From positions 22,692,001 through 22,756,000 of the forward strand of contig NC_092674.1 of assembly GCF_964355755.1 (NCBI RefSeq): DNA of 64,000 nt, read 5' to 3'. The notes under the pieces were generated by a model. It did no database searches. It worked only from the letters and a program-made list of their open reading frames with translations, and was not told where the DNA came from. Source of the stretch: Antedon mediterranea (taxonomy: Eukaryota > Animalia > Echinodermata). The position numbers and the translations under genes were made by a program. Shown piece by piece: positions 1 to 14,212 of this stretch (positions are counted from its first letter, which is position 1; every line of letters starts with the position of its first letter).

Positions 1-2359
1 CTTGTCTCCTGACTACAGCTTGTGTTCCGACTACAGCTTGTGTCCCATTGTACACTATACTTTGATCTTATTTAGTTACGTACGTGTAATTTGCCTACCG
101 TCGCTTTACATGAAACAGGCCCGTAGTTTATTAATATTGTCACCAGAAATCACCTGTGTAATACAGAGTATACTTTGTCGTTAAGGCCTATGCCAACGTT
201 TAAGATAGGCCAAGGACACACAGGTCATATTATACCAAGTAACTGTTTTGGACCATTTGCAGTAACATCTTTACACGCTTTCAAAATATTAAGATTATAA
301 CAAATTGCTAATATCTCATCCAGGTCTGTGTAAATGTAACACACAGCCGTATCTGCGCATGTCATGCGTTCGTCTTTCTGATAAACATTACACCATGAAC
401 AAGTAGCGTGTGAAAGCGGGAGATCCAATTCTTTCCATGTAACAATGTGTTACATTTCTGTAATAGAACAGTTGTACGTGTGAATCAGGTATTATTTTAA
501 GTCTTCTTTTACTATACTTTAGATAATAAATATGAAATATGTAGGCCTTACAGTATGCGATTTTTATTATGTATTTATTTATTTATTTTCAATCTTTCTA
601 CATAGCAAAAAAAAAACAAAAAACATATAAGTATAACAGGGGAGTAGCGGAAAAGCAAAAGTATAAAACTGTCATCTTGTGATGTGCTTGACCAGCCCCT
701 GTTTATCGATTATGTATCAAAAGATGTTCAATTTTTATGATAAGGCATACTAAAAGTTGTTGAATGTAGGATTGATTTCTGCTGTGGTGGTTAATTTAAT
801 TTTTAAGATTTAAATAAGCAACTTCCTAATTAGATTAGGTAATTTGTACAAAATTACTAAGTATTTTTAGGCGCTCTGTTCTTTGTAGGGCGTCATATAA
901 AAACCTGTATAGAATAGAATAGAAAATATATGGAAAAGGCTTTTCTCATTAGAGCATTAATCTGCCTCATTATATATTCACCATACTGTTATCTGATTGG
1001 TTGATTGCTGTAGTTGAGGCCTTTTGTCAAATTATTTCTATAGGTGTTTGTAGATAAACCTCAATAATAATTATTATTATAATAAATGTCATATTTATAG
1101 ACATATTTTGGGATAACTGGTCAATTCAAGTTACAGAGTATACCCCCAAGAGTCAAATAAGACAGAAGTCTCAATTTCGAAAGAAAAAAAGTGTTAGTTA
1201 ATCCCTTTTCTCAAAGTATGGCAGAATACTGTTTAATTTGAGTGATGGTTTGCGACGAGGTATTATCCCCATATATAATACCTCGGGTGAGGTGCACGCG
1301 GCTGACGCGAATGTGTCCTCTTTCCATTTCCATTTGTTTTCACAGCGCCATAGACTTTTTGTTTGCTCTTTATAAATTAAAACCAATAATAAACAATAGC
1401 TAATGTGCATTTTAAATTAAGTACGGTATTTAAAATTTACTGCATCTCCTGTCTTTTTTCCTGTCTGTCTGTCGGTCTATAGGTTTACTTCAATAGTTAA
1501 TATTGATAAATTCGGGTGTAATTGTCAGTTGTACGTGCTCAATTACTAATTGTCAACTCGTAACAATTTTCACAACGGGAGTGCATTTACCAAGTAAATA
1601 TTTGTGTATACTAAGTAAAAAAATTGATTAATTATGGCTATTATAGCATTGGATTGATAAAGTGGGAATGCCCTCTGCGCAGTTAGCCTACTGTCTGGTA
1701 AAATATAACAACCACATAAAACAGTAACGAATGTTAGTATCTTGTTAATTTCGATTTTCTAAGAACACTTAATTGTTGAAAGAATGAATAAAACACGTTT
1801 ATTTTAAGTATTGTTATTCTACATGATAACACTAAAGTTTACGTATTAGTTCAAGGTACTATATGATGCGGCTATGTAGTGTACAGTTATGTACTTATTG
1901 CTTGTATTTAGGCATATTCGTGTTTTGTTTGTTTTTGAATGGAGTAATAAATTACGCAGAGTTGATAACCATAAAGAAATATTGATGATTTTTTCTGCAA
2001 CTTTTACATGGGTTCGTTATCAGAAACCGTGACAATTAATCGTTAGTATTTTAAATTGAATTGAACAATAAGAGGCTCATCTTAATTTTTGTGTAAACTT
2101 TGTCCCACGTCCTTTCTTGTACGCATACGTAGGAGTTTCATCTCCCCTCCTAAATTTCTACAAAACAGATTGAGAGGATGAGGTTGAGAATAATTATGTC
2201 GTTATCTCATTTTTTCCATTAATGATACAAGTATATTAAAGCGTTACTCGTAATAGTACTATAAGTCTGGTTGTGCTAAAGGGTATAGAGTGGTATAATG
2301 TTGATGGTAGTAATGCTTATGATAAAGAAAATATGATCTAGACAATATTGGTAGTATAT

Positions 2360-2590
2360 AGTCACACCGATTCTGCAGCTGTCACTAGATAGAGTTTAAT
2401 TGACTATCGCAAGTCATTTATATACATGTCTATAGTCTGGCTGTATTAAATGCGTTTATTACATGATATCTCTATCGTTAGGTTCATATCTACAGATTAA
2501 CAGACAAGATATAACATGATATATGTAATAAGGATACCCAATGCACCGGGAACCAGAATAGCTAGGTTTAGTTGGCGAGGCCCTAGGCTA
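2360..2590 (+). repeat. Dispersed repeat, second copy at ~15785-15950
   Basis: Shared CCGATTCTGCAG, GCTGTATTAAAT.CGTT, TAGGTTC and TTAGTTGG segments in the same order. Confidence 0.6.
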
Positions 2591-3249
2591 AGCATATTGC
2601 AAGAAATAATGTATTGATAACGCGTTTTATTGATTTTTATTTGATAATTATCAGAATAAAATGAGAAAATTATGATAATTATCTGAATTGAATATCATTT
2701 TGCTTATTAAAATATAACGTATGGCATTATAGTGTATTATTACCGTATTGCATGCCTGTATGTTAAGGTTAGGTTTATAGCTGTGATACAGTTGTCACGT
2801 GTGATAGGCCTACATGTCACATACATTACATAGGCTTACATTATTACGGAGAATCGGCTACCTTTATCTTTCTGTTGACATCAGTTTGAACAAAGTTGCA
2901 TTGAACATACATTAGAACGCAATTCATTGTCAACACATTAATAGTGACAACACACATGATAAATTTCGTTTATATTATTTAGTATTTAGGTCTTGTAAAA
3001 ATTGATTAAAAGCTTAGTTGTGCGAACAGAAAACACTAACACTAATCATATAGTTAGTATTCGATATGTGTACAGTGCAAAGAATGAATGTAAATCAAAC
3101 AAACGACGACGGCCGTGTGGAAACGATGTCAGCGGGTTTTTTTGAACGACAACACAACAAAAATATGTCATATTTCTGGCAAAATGTTGATCCTTTCAGG
3201 CATCAGACGCTTTAAAAAATCGGCCACACTTCTCCAAAAAAAACTGATG

Positions 3250-3337
3250 TGTCTATAAAATGGACACGATGATGTCATATCAATATGGTTTTAGGGCACA
3301 TTTTTTCCAAACAAGTTTGATAGTGTAGACAGAGCTT
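3250..3337. mobile_element. Partial copy of the same MITE family
   Basis: Ends AGTTTGATAGTGTAGACAGAGCTTTA; the other TIR is not recognisable. Confidence 0.55.
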
Positions 3338-5708
3338 TATTACGTCATGTGAGAGAACATGAGAAGAAATGGGTGTGAAACCCGCCTGTGCCATTACTTT
3401 CATTCTCATTAGTTTGTATAATACATTTACACGATAAAGGCATTCTCATATAAAGCTATTGATCCTCTTACAACGAAATGATTGTAAGCATGCAACCCAG
3501 TCGTGTATCTCCATTCATTATCGCCTAATCCGCATTCACACATGTAGCATTACATTAGGATGCTATTACTGTGCTACATATTTTATTATCTGACGGTTTA
3601 ATTATTGACATGAATTTGTTAATCTCACCTCAGGGCTGGTTTGACAGAATGGTAATATTTCTTTATAGTTTGTTATATGACTTGCACGTATTCTTTGTAA
3701 CGTGGTTTTTTGTTCTCCTTTTATAGCTAAGATGGAAAATAGTAGCTTTTACTAAGTGTAGATACATACATGATGCATTGTTTGTATGCTTCTCTTGTAC
3801 ACTACAAAAATGGGGAATTAATGTCGATATAAAGTATAGGCCTACATCTGGATGTTAAGATGTAGGTTGGTGGTTACCATTTTGTCGTCATCCCATGAAA
3901 TACTAACTTTGGTTTCATAATACCAACATAGTATGGCCTAGGAGGGGGAACAATCTTAACTGTAATTGTTATATCATCCATCAAATAAACATTCATAAAT
4001 ACAAGTTTAACAAATTACTTAATTAATTATCTTTCTTGTGAAACTATAAACAATTCCAATAAGAATACCATATGGTTGATGATTACAGTAACTTATAAGA
4101 AATTATTTAGACAAACCTTTATCATACTATTAATATTATTGACTTTCATTATTTCGATCATTAACTAGGTAATACGGAAAAAACTAATAACGATGATATT
4201 GTATTAAGTACTATGTAGGTCAAATTCAAGTAAACCTCTGAAAACTGTGAATGATATTGTTATGCCCCCTAGGCTGTCTAGCGTACGCCATTTGATGACG
4301 TCATTCGCGCGTATTTGTCACTCAAATAAGTACGGCAGACGATATTTAGTTTTGAGGGTTTTTTTCAAATTAGAGTCAATGTATTTCAGATTTGTACACG
4401 GATTAGATTGTTGGATGTTATAGAAAATAAACATATGGGAGGTTCAGGGCAGGTCATACATTTGGCCGTTGAATAGATATTTTGCATTGGTCGATATTGA
4501 GCTAAACTTTGAGCTTTAAATGCATTGGAATCGGCAGTTTTATACCTTTTAAACTCCATTTTATGTGTATTTTTCTTGTTTTCTTGTGTAGCCTATATAA
4601 TATGTTGACAATGGTTTTGACCAAATGAATAATGAATGGAATCTACTGTATATAACCATCGGTCGGTAATTGCTCTGCCATGCCTACTAATGTACCACAT
4701 ACATCAGTAATGCAAATTGGTCAGTTGGTCTGTCGGTCAATCGTGTTGTAAATTGTAAATATTGCATTTGTGCAGATGCAAATCCATCATTAAACTTAAA
4801 TCGTGCTCTATTTGAGTATTGTTTGTTTTTCTTATTTTACCATAATTGTTGTTTTGTTTTATCGTGCATTTTGCTCTGTTCGTGTTTCCAATATAAAACG
4901 TGACATAACGTTGATTCACACTGATCCGAAGAATGTACTTCTCTTTAGATAGATAATCCGTGTTTAGATTAATGCTAGCGCGACATTGCTAATTGTGTTG
5001 CATGCTATGTTGTATTAACATCATTCATAGAAAGTACATATGAAAACATACATTGAAGTCACACAGCATGATGCAGTGCAAAAATATACTTTTATTTTCA
5101 TTTATTATAGTATTATTGATATTCCTATTGTATAATAGAACATTATTTAGTTTTATCACAATCACTCGCAAAAAACTTTAAGTTATGTTGTTTTCTTCTT
5201 TGGCGATCAGCAGAACTTTATTAAAGTGTGTCACTGTATACTCCACCTGTCATTGGTCAAAATATATACCTAGAAACTATAATAATTGGAATGTATTGTA
5301 ACAAATTTATTTTTATTTTGAATGTTATAATGTAATAACGTACATTTTCCCACGTGCTATAGATGTGATATATAGGCCGGTTTACAGGTAGTTCAGGTGA
5401 TATTCAGAATAGAACAGATCGATGAGAAATTACAAGACCATATACCATAGGGGACATTTCTAATGTCAGTTTAGTGACTGTGCCTTAGGTTTAGCAATAC
5501 TTATTAACTTCCAATTCAAATATTAATTATTATGGGGGTTTCTACGACGATTTTGCACTTTATTTGGGGTTATTTTGAAGAGCGTCTTCTTCCCTAGACT
5601 CAAAATACGCCGAGTCTGGCGGATAAGAATCAAATTAGATTGAGTATGCAAAACAACCTCCATAATAGTTAGATCATTTTTTAAATATCTATAAAAGAAA
5701 CACAAACT

Positions 5709-6022
5709 TTAAAGATTCATTGTCCCCTACAACATGAAAAATAAAGATTAATTATATTGGACTTCGTATAGGCCATTTTGCAGTTTAATAAAGTTATTCA
5801 CTTCTGTAAAAAAAACAACAGAAAAAATAGAAGACAAAGAGAAAGATAAGACAAAAGAAACTTTTGATTTTTACCAAAAACCATTGTCTGACAGGAGTAT
5901 TTTTTTGCTTTAAATTATATTTTTTTCAGATAAAAATTTTTTTTTTCCAAACTATTAGGCCTATGTGACATTAAAATGATATAATCAATTTGTTTTAAAT
6001 ATTTTTAGGGGGATAAAACATT
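5709..6022 (+). mobile_element. Degenerate dispersed repeat, possibly a TTAA-type (Kolobok-like) MITE
   Basis: Starts TTAAAGATTCATTGTCCCC. Internal segments match 9535-9720 in reverse, and the start resembles TTAAAGATGTACTGTC at 35187. Confidence 0.4.
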
Positions 6023-6646
6023 ACCAAAATTATCAGGGAGAGTTAGTCCATTAAGATAAAATAATTACATTTTAACATAAAATTTGTTCAAAATGCAATT
6101 TTTATTTTTATTGGAAATTCAGGGGATATTAACATTTTTTAAATTTGATCCAAACCAACTCGTCCCCAAACAAACTCGGTACAATCAATTGCAATAGAAA
6201 CGCCTTTAAACATAATTATACAAATTAAACTAAAACAAGTGATCATCACTCAGTAAACCGTTTGGGGTTTTTATTCTGGAAAATTGTTCAATTCTTCTAC
6301 AAAAAATAAACAAGTTAAAGAAATAGTACTCAAACCTGAAGAAATTAGAACTAATGATAGTATGACGTCATGTATTTCTAAATCTGTTTCTTTCTATTTT
6401 GATTTATGAAAAGATAAGGGAACCATTTTTACGACATAGATTCTTCGATGGACTGAATTACAACATATCGTTAATTTCTAATTAGCGTTCCTATTTTCAT
6501 GTTTTATTCAACTCAAAACTAATAAACAAAATGTGTATTACGATATTACCCACACCTGGATTACGAGTTCAATGTTTTATGCATTTTTTAAACAATAATT
6601 CAGAACGTTGTAAGCAATACAAACAAATTAAATTATAACCGCTGCG

Positions 6647-7797
6647 AAAACTTTGATACAGAGCGACAGAGGGCGTGTTATTTACTATTTCAGCTGATAT
6701 TGAAGATACAGGTAACTCGAGTTTTAATAATAAGCTTTTGTGAAGTCAGCAGTTTAATCAATTTTCTTAAAAATCAATAGGCATATTCTGCAAGTATATT
6801 ACGTCAAGAAATTTAGGACGATAACTAAACAATTGTGGACGCTATCGTGCAATCACCAAACAAAAAGTAAATTCTATACGTACTGTACAAGTAAAAAGAC
6901 TATAGAAAAGGACTAGAAAGATACAAAGTAGGTCATAGTAGCCCGAGATATAAAATTAAATGCTAGCCATACCCATGGGCAGTCGTATTTTTGACTGAGA
7001 CAATGTGTCTTCCTATGAAAGCAAATAAACGATCCAGAAGAGAATTAAGAGAGTTTCTTGTAATGGTATGCGTACCTGGTTTAGTTACGCATGACTGCGT
7101 TTGTCCTGATGATAACATTTAGCTGGTTGAGGGCGTTCATAAAGTACAGATGTTTCATTCAGTTCTTCTTCTTCTTCTGTCGAGTCGCACGAATATTACA
7201 CGCGTGCAGTCTCCGAGGAAACGAACGTCAACTGATTAGATTTGTTACCTTTCTGAAATAACTATGACGTGGTATTTTGATTATGTCTGTAAACATTAGT
7301 AAAATGGCGGATTATTTCAGATTTTGTTAAAAATCGCTGAATGTGCATAGACAATATTAAGAATTGTGACCAAATGTATGACCATGGTATGTTTGCTTTC
7401 AGAAGATTGTCCATTTCTGAAGCTTTTCTACCAGGATCAAATTCAGAAAACTTGTTCAAAACCGTTTGTTAATATATGGTAAAATGTGATATAAAGATAT
7501 GAAAAGATGTTCATTTGTTCTTTGTCGGCTGGAGAATGTAAATTTCGCACCTGTTCGTAACTATGTTGTTTGATAATCCGATAAAGGTAATCAGCTGCAC
7601 TAAATCAAATTTGCGTGCTACTTCGTCATTACCTTTCTTTAATTGGTATATACCAACAGATCATGACTATCGATTTTTATATAAGTCGACATATTGATGA
7701 CGTCACTAAAGCTTTAGTTAAACTCGAGTTATCTGTATCTTCATTATTGGCCGAAATGTTAAATAGGCGCCCTCTATCGCTCATTTCCAAAGTTTTT
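6647..7797. mobile_element. Old non-autonomous DNA transposon with ~175-bp diverged TIRs
   Basis: 6647-6825 (AAAACTTTG...GAGCGACAGAGGGCG...GAAGATACAGGTAACTCGAGTTT) matches the reverse complement of 7620-7797 (...AAACTCGAGTTATCTGTATCTTC...CGCCCTCTATCGCTC...CAAAGTTTT). Confidence 0.7.
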
Positions 7798-8546
7798 ATT
7801 TATACACAATGTATTGTAGCTTTAATCTACATTCACGGAATGGAAGACAGCGCATGCAGAATTGAACGCTGCGTATTGTGTGCAAATGTAGCTTTACATC
7901 TGTTATTCTTTTATAGGGACGATTTTGATTCAACGAAATGAACCTTATTAAATACCGGGTACTCGCCAAATTCTCTATTATTTATTCTCTACTATAGCAA
8001 CCTTGCATTGGTTTTTACTTACAACCTCCCACCCCCTCCCCAGCGTCCCGAATTAATTCGCGTTTGTTAATTTAACCATGATAAGGTACACTTTCTAATT
8101 ATCTAATTTATAAGATAACACGTACCTGTAATTGCCGTGAGCGGTCCAAGAACGTACGGTTGAAAGGCATTGACTGCTAAGATGATAGCATGGGGACACT
8201 TAGCAGAGCAGACAATAGGCCGACCGGGTGTTGTTATTTGTACGAATCGTAGGCTTTAGTAGAATTGTCAGTAATGGGAATACTTAATAGGCTTAATTAG
8301 GCACAGGAGAGAACTAAGGGACGCGTATTTATATTATTGCTGTTCTAATATTTTATTTTTTGTGCAGTAATATCATGGTTTTTACATAGCAATATTGTCT
8401 TACTAATTAACTAAGCATGCACAGATCATCAGAATATCGCTTTTAATAATGTAAGCAAGCCGGTTCGACGTACTATCATGATTTTTATCCAGTATCTGAC
8501 AGACTTGTAATACAGTTGCACATGTATCACATGTATGACTGTATAA

Positions 8547-8684
8547 AGCTCTGTCTACACTATCAAACTACTTTAGTTTTAGAAATTGTGATGTACCTAA
8601 ATATGGTAGCCATATATGACGTCCTCGTAGCCATATATGGTTACATGTTTGTCATAACATAAAGTCTGAAGTGTAGACAGAGCT
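8547..8684. mobile_element. MITE (AGCTCTGTCTACAC TIR family, PIF/Harbinger-like)
   Basis: TIRs AGCTCTGTCTACACT / AGTGTAGACAGAGCT in a T/A-rich site; further copies at 27470-27630 and a partial copy ending at ~3335. Confidence 0.8.
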
Positions 8685-11600
8685 TTTAGGCATATTATGA
8701 TTACGGTTAATCCATGATATCACCTGTTACAATGTACAATGTATGACACTGTAACTCAGTATTTCCTATGGCACTTATTATAGAACCAGTTCTGAGAATC
8801 GACTATACTAGTATCGATAGTGTGTGTGTACATGTTTATAGTGTGTCAGCTAGATACTTTTATCAATACAATGATAAATGATGAACAGACACATTGATCA
8901 AAACTGTCTATTTCCAAGCAAAATTGGTTCATCCAAATTGCGATGTATTGCTAATTGGACCACAGTTTGGTTCTTAACTTAATCCCGTCAGAAAACGTTT
9001 GTCATAATCTCATTATGCCATAGATAGTAGTATATAGGTCGAAGGGGTGATTTAAAGGCAGTGTAACTATTAGATATGTAGGTCGAAAAGAGAAAGCGTT
9101 GAAAAGGCGTCAACATTGCGTTTACCATGGAATGACGTAAATTATAGCCTTTAATTATGTAAACATTAATTAGCATTGTTTTTGTATTTGATTACGCCAC
9201 CCTTCCGTTGCATTTTGCCGTTTTCTTTTTCAAATCCAAATCATCCGTGTGAAACCCGCCATTATCGTTATAACATGTATATCATGGAACACTTGGCTTT
9301 CGACCGCCTTACCACCTTCTTAGTTTTCTCCATACCATACGTCTCTGCGATTGGCACATGAGGGGTACCTCAATCGTTGTGGGCGGGTAAACTGCCTTGT
9401 AGCTAGCTGTAATTACTCAACTGCAGGTTAAAGTACCGTACGGCACTAATTTGTCAAAATGTCAACACCTATTCAGGAAACATAATAAACAAAAAATATT
9501 TCTTACAAAAAACGCTGCTCGCTTATTGAAAAATATTTTTTATTTCAAATGTTTTTGAATGTGTCATTTTATTGTCACATAATAGTTATTTTACCTGAAA
9601 AAATTTAATTTAAAGCAACAAATACTTAAATTGTCTGTCAGAAAATGGTTTTTGGATTTCTTTTCTCTTTTTATATGTGAATAAATATTATTTTTTTGTT
9701 ACAGAAGTGAATACTCAATTTATGTCACTTTAGTTAATTTTATTGCTAAGGTCAAGTCTGGGGGTCACTTCATCACCCTAGCTATTTCAAGTGTGAAGTA
9801 TCCTATTACAAACACAAACTTTAATGGACTGTTTCGATAATAATTCAATGAATATCTGACATGCTTTGGGATTTGTAATTTTAGCATGACATGTCCTAAT
9901 AGACTCTTTTCCCAGACGTTTTTTGGGTCTTCTGTAGCAGCTGGAATCAATAAATTATAGTGGAGTTTCCATTTTCGCAAAACTGTCGTCCTTATAACTA
10001 TAACTGCTGCTTGCTTTAGCTTCTGATTGAGTAGTCCTAATGGGACGTAGCGGGCTACAGCAGCAGCGTGAAAAACAATTGATTTTTCAAATTTTCTATT
10101 CACATACCTAGTGGGTGTTTGAAGAGGAAGATCGGTGTCGGCAAATACAACACTTTTAACGTTAGATAATGGCAACGGAGTTATTTATGCAGGTGATTGA
10201 TTTGAATAGAGGGTTCATAGTGGGTACTTAATATCCGATATGAACCCCCTACTCATGATTCTGTATGGTGGCAAGATAATGAGATGATGCATATATCAAC
10301 GTATACTAGTATAAAGCCCAACTCAGACAGCGTCGCACCACGGGGGAGAAAATTAAACACGAGCATAAAATGCAAGACGCTATATCTCAAGCCGACTCGT
10401 CCCGTCGAGATAACTCAGACAGCACTGCGAATCAAGACGTTTCGTCGGGCCTCGTCGTCGTACGATGTTGACCCCTTGAGATAGATTTGAGGTTGAACTT
10501 ATACTGTGTCGTTGACTTGTGTATTACTGTGGTCTTGGAATGATGAAGAACCTATATTAAGGTGAAACCTTCAAGACCCAACAAAGTGTCCCTATGACAT
10601 GGATGTTCCCTTGTTCGTAGTATTAAAACATATATTTCCAGTCGTTTCACGGTAAAGTTTCCCTTTAATTGATGTCCCAAAAAGGGCGGTCCTGCTGTAA
10701 TTGGGGAGTATATTTAGGAAGATTGATCAGATACACAATGTATTTGAATGTACATAATACGGTACAAAAACATCGGCAATCATCGTGTCAAGACGAACGT
10801 AGCCGAACCCAACTGAGTATTCGGGTTACCAATAATTGCGGTGGTTAGTCGTCAGAGAAAGACGATTTACAACCTCATTTTGCACAATGCATCGATGATT
10901 TAGTTTGATGAAATCTGGCAATGCATTTTTCAACCGTTCATTTTCAAGTAACCTTTAATTGTGAAACGTGTTAGCAAATCCTATTATTGAGAGATCTATT
11001 TAAATTATAATTAATGTGATAAAGCGTGCGCTTCGCTCGAATTATTCATTCAATCAGTTCAGTCCCCATGACTACAATGAAAGGCTATTACAGTATGTAG
11101 CAGTATATTTTAGTGTTTTTCGGTATACAACATGATATATTAAAATTATAACACACCTGGGTAGATTCTTGTCATTTTGATTAAATATTGTGGTCATGAT
11201 ATTCTATCATCACTCCATTGAACAGTTACGTCACCAAGCCTTTTGTAAACTCATAAGATTTTCAACTTTTGTTGCATTTTGAGTGTTATACCTAATAAAA
11301 AAAAAAAATAAATAAAAAAAAAAATAAATAAAAAAAAAAAAAAAAAAAAAAATTTGGTTGAATGCTCGTTGAATTTCGTTATATGGCCGTTCGTTATGAT
11401 TATTCTACCCGTTTATTCTTGTTACAAAATGTAGCAATCGCGTTCGAAAATTAATATGTAGGCAGTACATGCGCCGTCTATTTTATTTGAGAGAGACCAT
11501 TGTAAAAGTAGCCAATATGTAGGTTTAATATTAGACTTATTATTATTATAATTATGTACTGTCTTGTGCATATTGTAACTTTAATTTTTTATATTTTTAA

Positions 11601-11837
11601 AATCAAATGCCGGAAGATGATAATGATTAATGCAGATCTGAATTCATTAAACCCTATGGTTTCCACACAAGATTTCGAACAATAAAGCAACTAGCCAAGC
11701 TACTCTGGCGCTAATTGTATACGTTTAATTAAGCGAAATAAAAGAAACGAATCCCTAGATTTCACGCAGATAATCTTCACAATCTAAAATAATAATGTTG
11801 AGAAAAAATAAATACAGTAGTGTACAATATCTCTCTC

Positions 11838-11892
11838 TAATCTAATGGTATAGCACTCTCCCTGAAATTAAGTGATCGAAGGTTCGAGTCCT
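11838..11892 (+). mobile_element. Degenerate tRNA-derived SINE head
   Basis: TAATCTAATGGTATAG...GGTTCGAGTCC, followed by a (GAT)n(CAT)n tract. Confidence 0.45.
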
Positions 11893-11906
11893 ATAATAAC
11901 TTTCTT

Positions 11907-11952
11907 TGATGATGATGATGATGATCATCATCATCATCATCATCATCATCAT
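11907..11952. repeat. (GAT)n(CAT)n self-complementary microsatellite
   Basis: About 6 GAT followed by about 9 CAT. Confidence 0.9.
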
Positions 11953-12609
11953 GAGGATGAGCTCAGGTTCGATCAGATTATAACAATTCTATATTGTTTC
12001 TATAGTTTATTTTCTTTACAAGATGATTTATATAGAGCTATACAACAAACCTACTTAAAAAATATTTATATGCTTTGTTCTTGGATGTTTTATGGACGCA
12101 GTTCCATCAATTAGCAGTCAACAATTTTGAATATCTGACATTTATTTTGTATTAAAAGCTCTTGAAATGACCTTACTTAAGTTTTATTACTATTTTGCAT
12201 TTTCATCAAGTATGTATTACTCCATACGTTACCACTAATCACCATTATTGTTTTTAGTTAGATTTCTAAAATGTTGATATTTTATTTAGTTGTGTGAAGT
12301 ACTTTGGTAATGTATTGTTGAAGGTTTGCGTGGTGAAGTAAGCAGACACTAGACTCCTGAAGAAAAAACACATTAAAAGTCAAACTTGCACATAAAATTC
12401 AGTCGTAAAAGAATAGAAAATAATGTCTTATCTTTTATGCTGTAAACTGCAATAGTTTTGTTTCCGAATTAAACGCAATGCAAAAGCGTAGGCTCAAAGC
12501 ACGTGAGTTGATTGAATGATCATCACAAATAAAAGTGTGGATGATCCATCGCGTCGTGATTAATATTCCCGGGAAAGTAATTTAACTCTTCCCTGGTATT
12601 GCTAGATTT

Positions 12610-12735
12610 GAAAGAACCCCTCAGGATGTAAATCCTCTTAGAGGATTTATAAGGCTATCTTCGGCACCATACAAAAATAATTGTTACGCTTTTGTATGTT
12701 TTGTTCATGTATGGTATCAAAATAAATCAAATCAT
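12610..12735 (+). mobile_element. 3' tail of a CR1/L2-group LINE
   Basis: Stem-loop AAATCCTCT-T-AGAGGATTT, a second stem ACCATAC...GTATGGT, then AATAAA and (ATCAA)n. Confidence 0.5.
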
Positions 12736-14151
12736 ACCATACGGTATCTTATCTAGCGGCAATAAAATGCCTGCTGTAATGTATTTTGCGGTTTACTGTT
12801 TGTGCCTCCTCAAAATATAAACTTGCTCTCTTTTCCAAAAGAATTTCCGGTATGACAGCATTTTTTTCTGTAAGCCAACTGTTCGACTGAATGACTTTCC
12901 AGTGTTCGAATACCGACGATGTCATAATTTAAAGGGTTCTGTTAAGTTAATATTTAGGTATTTATTGTGTAAGACACATGTGATATGTATATATGGGAAG
13001 TTGCCGCAGCTTGGCTTTAAACAGCCCCGCAGTTTCTTATTGTATTTTAAAATATTACCGGATATTCATTCTGAAAATAGCATTAGTTTACGTTGACATT
13101 GACATAGTTTCCTGTTATTTTTTTTTAAATACAACTTGAGATTTTTATTTTTCAATAGGTTATGTGTTTCGATTTCTTCTATTGCACAACTATCATAGGT
13201 TGTAATGCAGAATTCTATATTAGGCCTAATCTTCAAAGATAATAAAGTTAGTCAATCAAATGAGTTTCTTTTTAAGAAGAGAACGCCACGCCATTATAAC
13301 TAAGCCCTCGACGAACGCCAATAATTCCTTTTGATATTCCACTTCTTGTATTTCATCTGAACGAGAATTGTGGAAATCCAATACTCACATACATTTGGTA
13401 GAATTAATTATGGAAGTAAACATTTAAATAGCTTTATTACCAAGAGTCTTAGTAATTAAACCGAGCTAATTTAATAGCATTGGGCTTGCTTGGGGCAAAA
13501 TGTTAGATCTAATTTCGCAAATCAAGATTATGAGGCCACTTGTTCGCCACAGTGTAATGTTTGATGCATATCAAGAGAAATTAAATTTCTGCTCTTCGTC
13601 GAATCTGTATAATAAACTTGCAGAATAATTGATCATTGCTATAGCTCTTGTTAAAAATGGACATTGACGCCCGGTTTCTATAATAGTATTGTGCGTCTCA
13701 ACTGTCACATTGACCAACTATACGATTACAACCAATTAAGAATTTGAATTCATAAGAACCAAAGTTGTTTTCTATTTAAAGATTGGCCCTCAAAAACATG
13801 GAAAGTAAATGAGACTTTGAATAGGTTAGTTTGTTTTAAACAAGTTAATCATTTTCGTTTGAAAACAAAAACAAAAAAACGTTTGAACTTAAATAAATGG
13901 TTAAATTCAACCAAAAACCCATTGGCTGGCAGCTTATCTGAATATTATTTGTTTTGTTACAGTTTGTTGAATCCTTTTTCAAAATCCAGTTTTGGTCAAA
14001 TTGGATAACTATTGTGATATTAAATTGGAATATTCAACTTTTTTTTTCAGGTGACAATATATCTTTAAATTGTCTTTCTACAATGCAAGGAGATCTTTGT
14101 TACGGTTATGGGTTAAAACTCGTCTGCTAAAAGTTAGTAGTTGTAAATCTT

Positions 14152-14212
14152 CCGTTTGGCGGTGAAGATGCTCGGCTTCCGATCTCAATGTCTTGTGTTC
14201 AAATCCACTCCC
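14152..14212 (+). mobile_element. Degenerate tRNA-derived SINE head
   Basis: TTGGCGGTGAAGATGCTCGGCTTCCGAT...GTTCAAATCC; similar layout to the SINE at 20483. Confidence 0.4.

Noticed and set aside
5790-9720. Inverted match between 5790-6010 and 9535-9720 as TIRs of a 4-kb element
   Set aside because: The outer boundaries do not correspond and a related start occurs at 35187; more likely independent copies of a dispersed repeat.
11872-12114. Poly-Asp/poly-His ORF
   Set aside because: Translation of the (GAT)n(CAT)n tract next to a SINE head.
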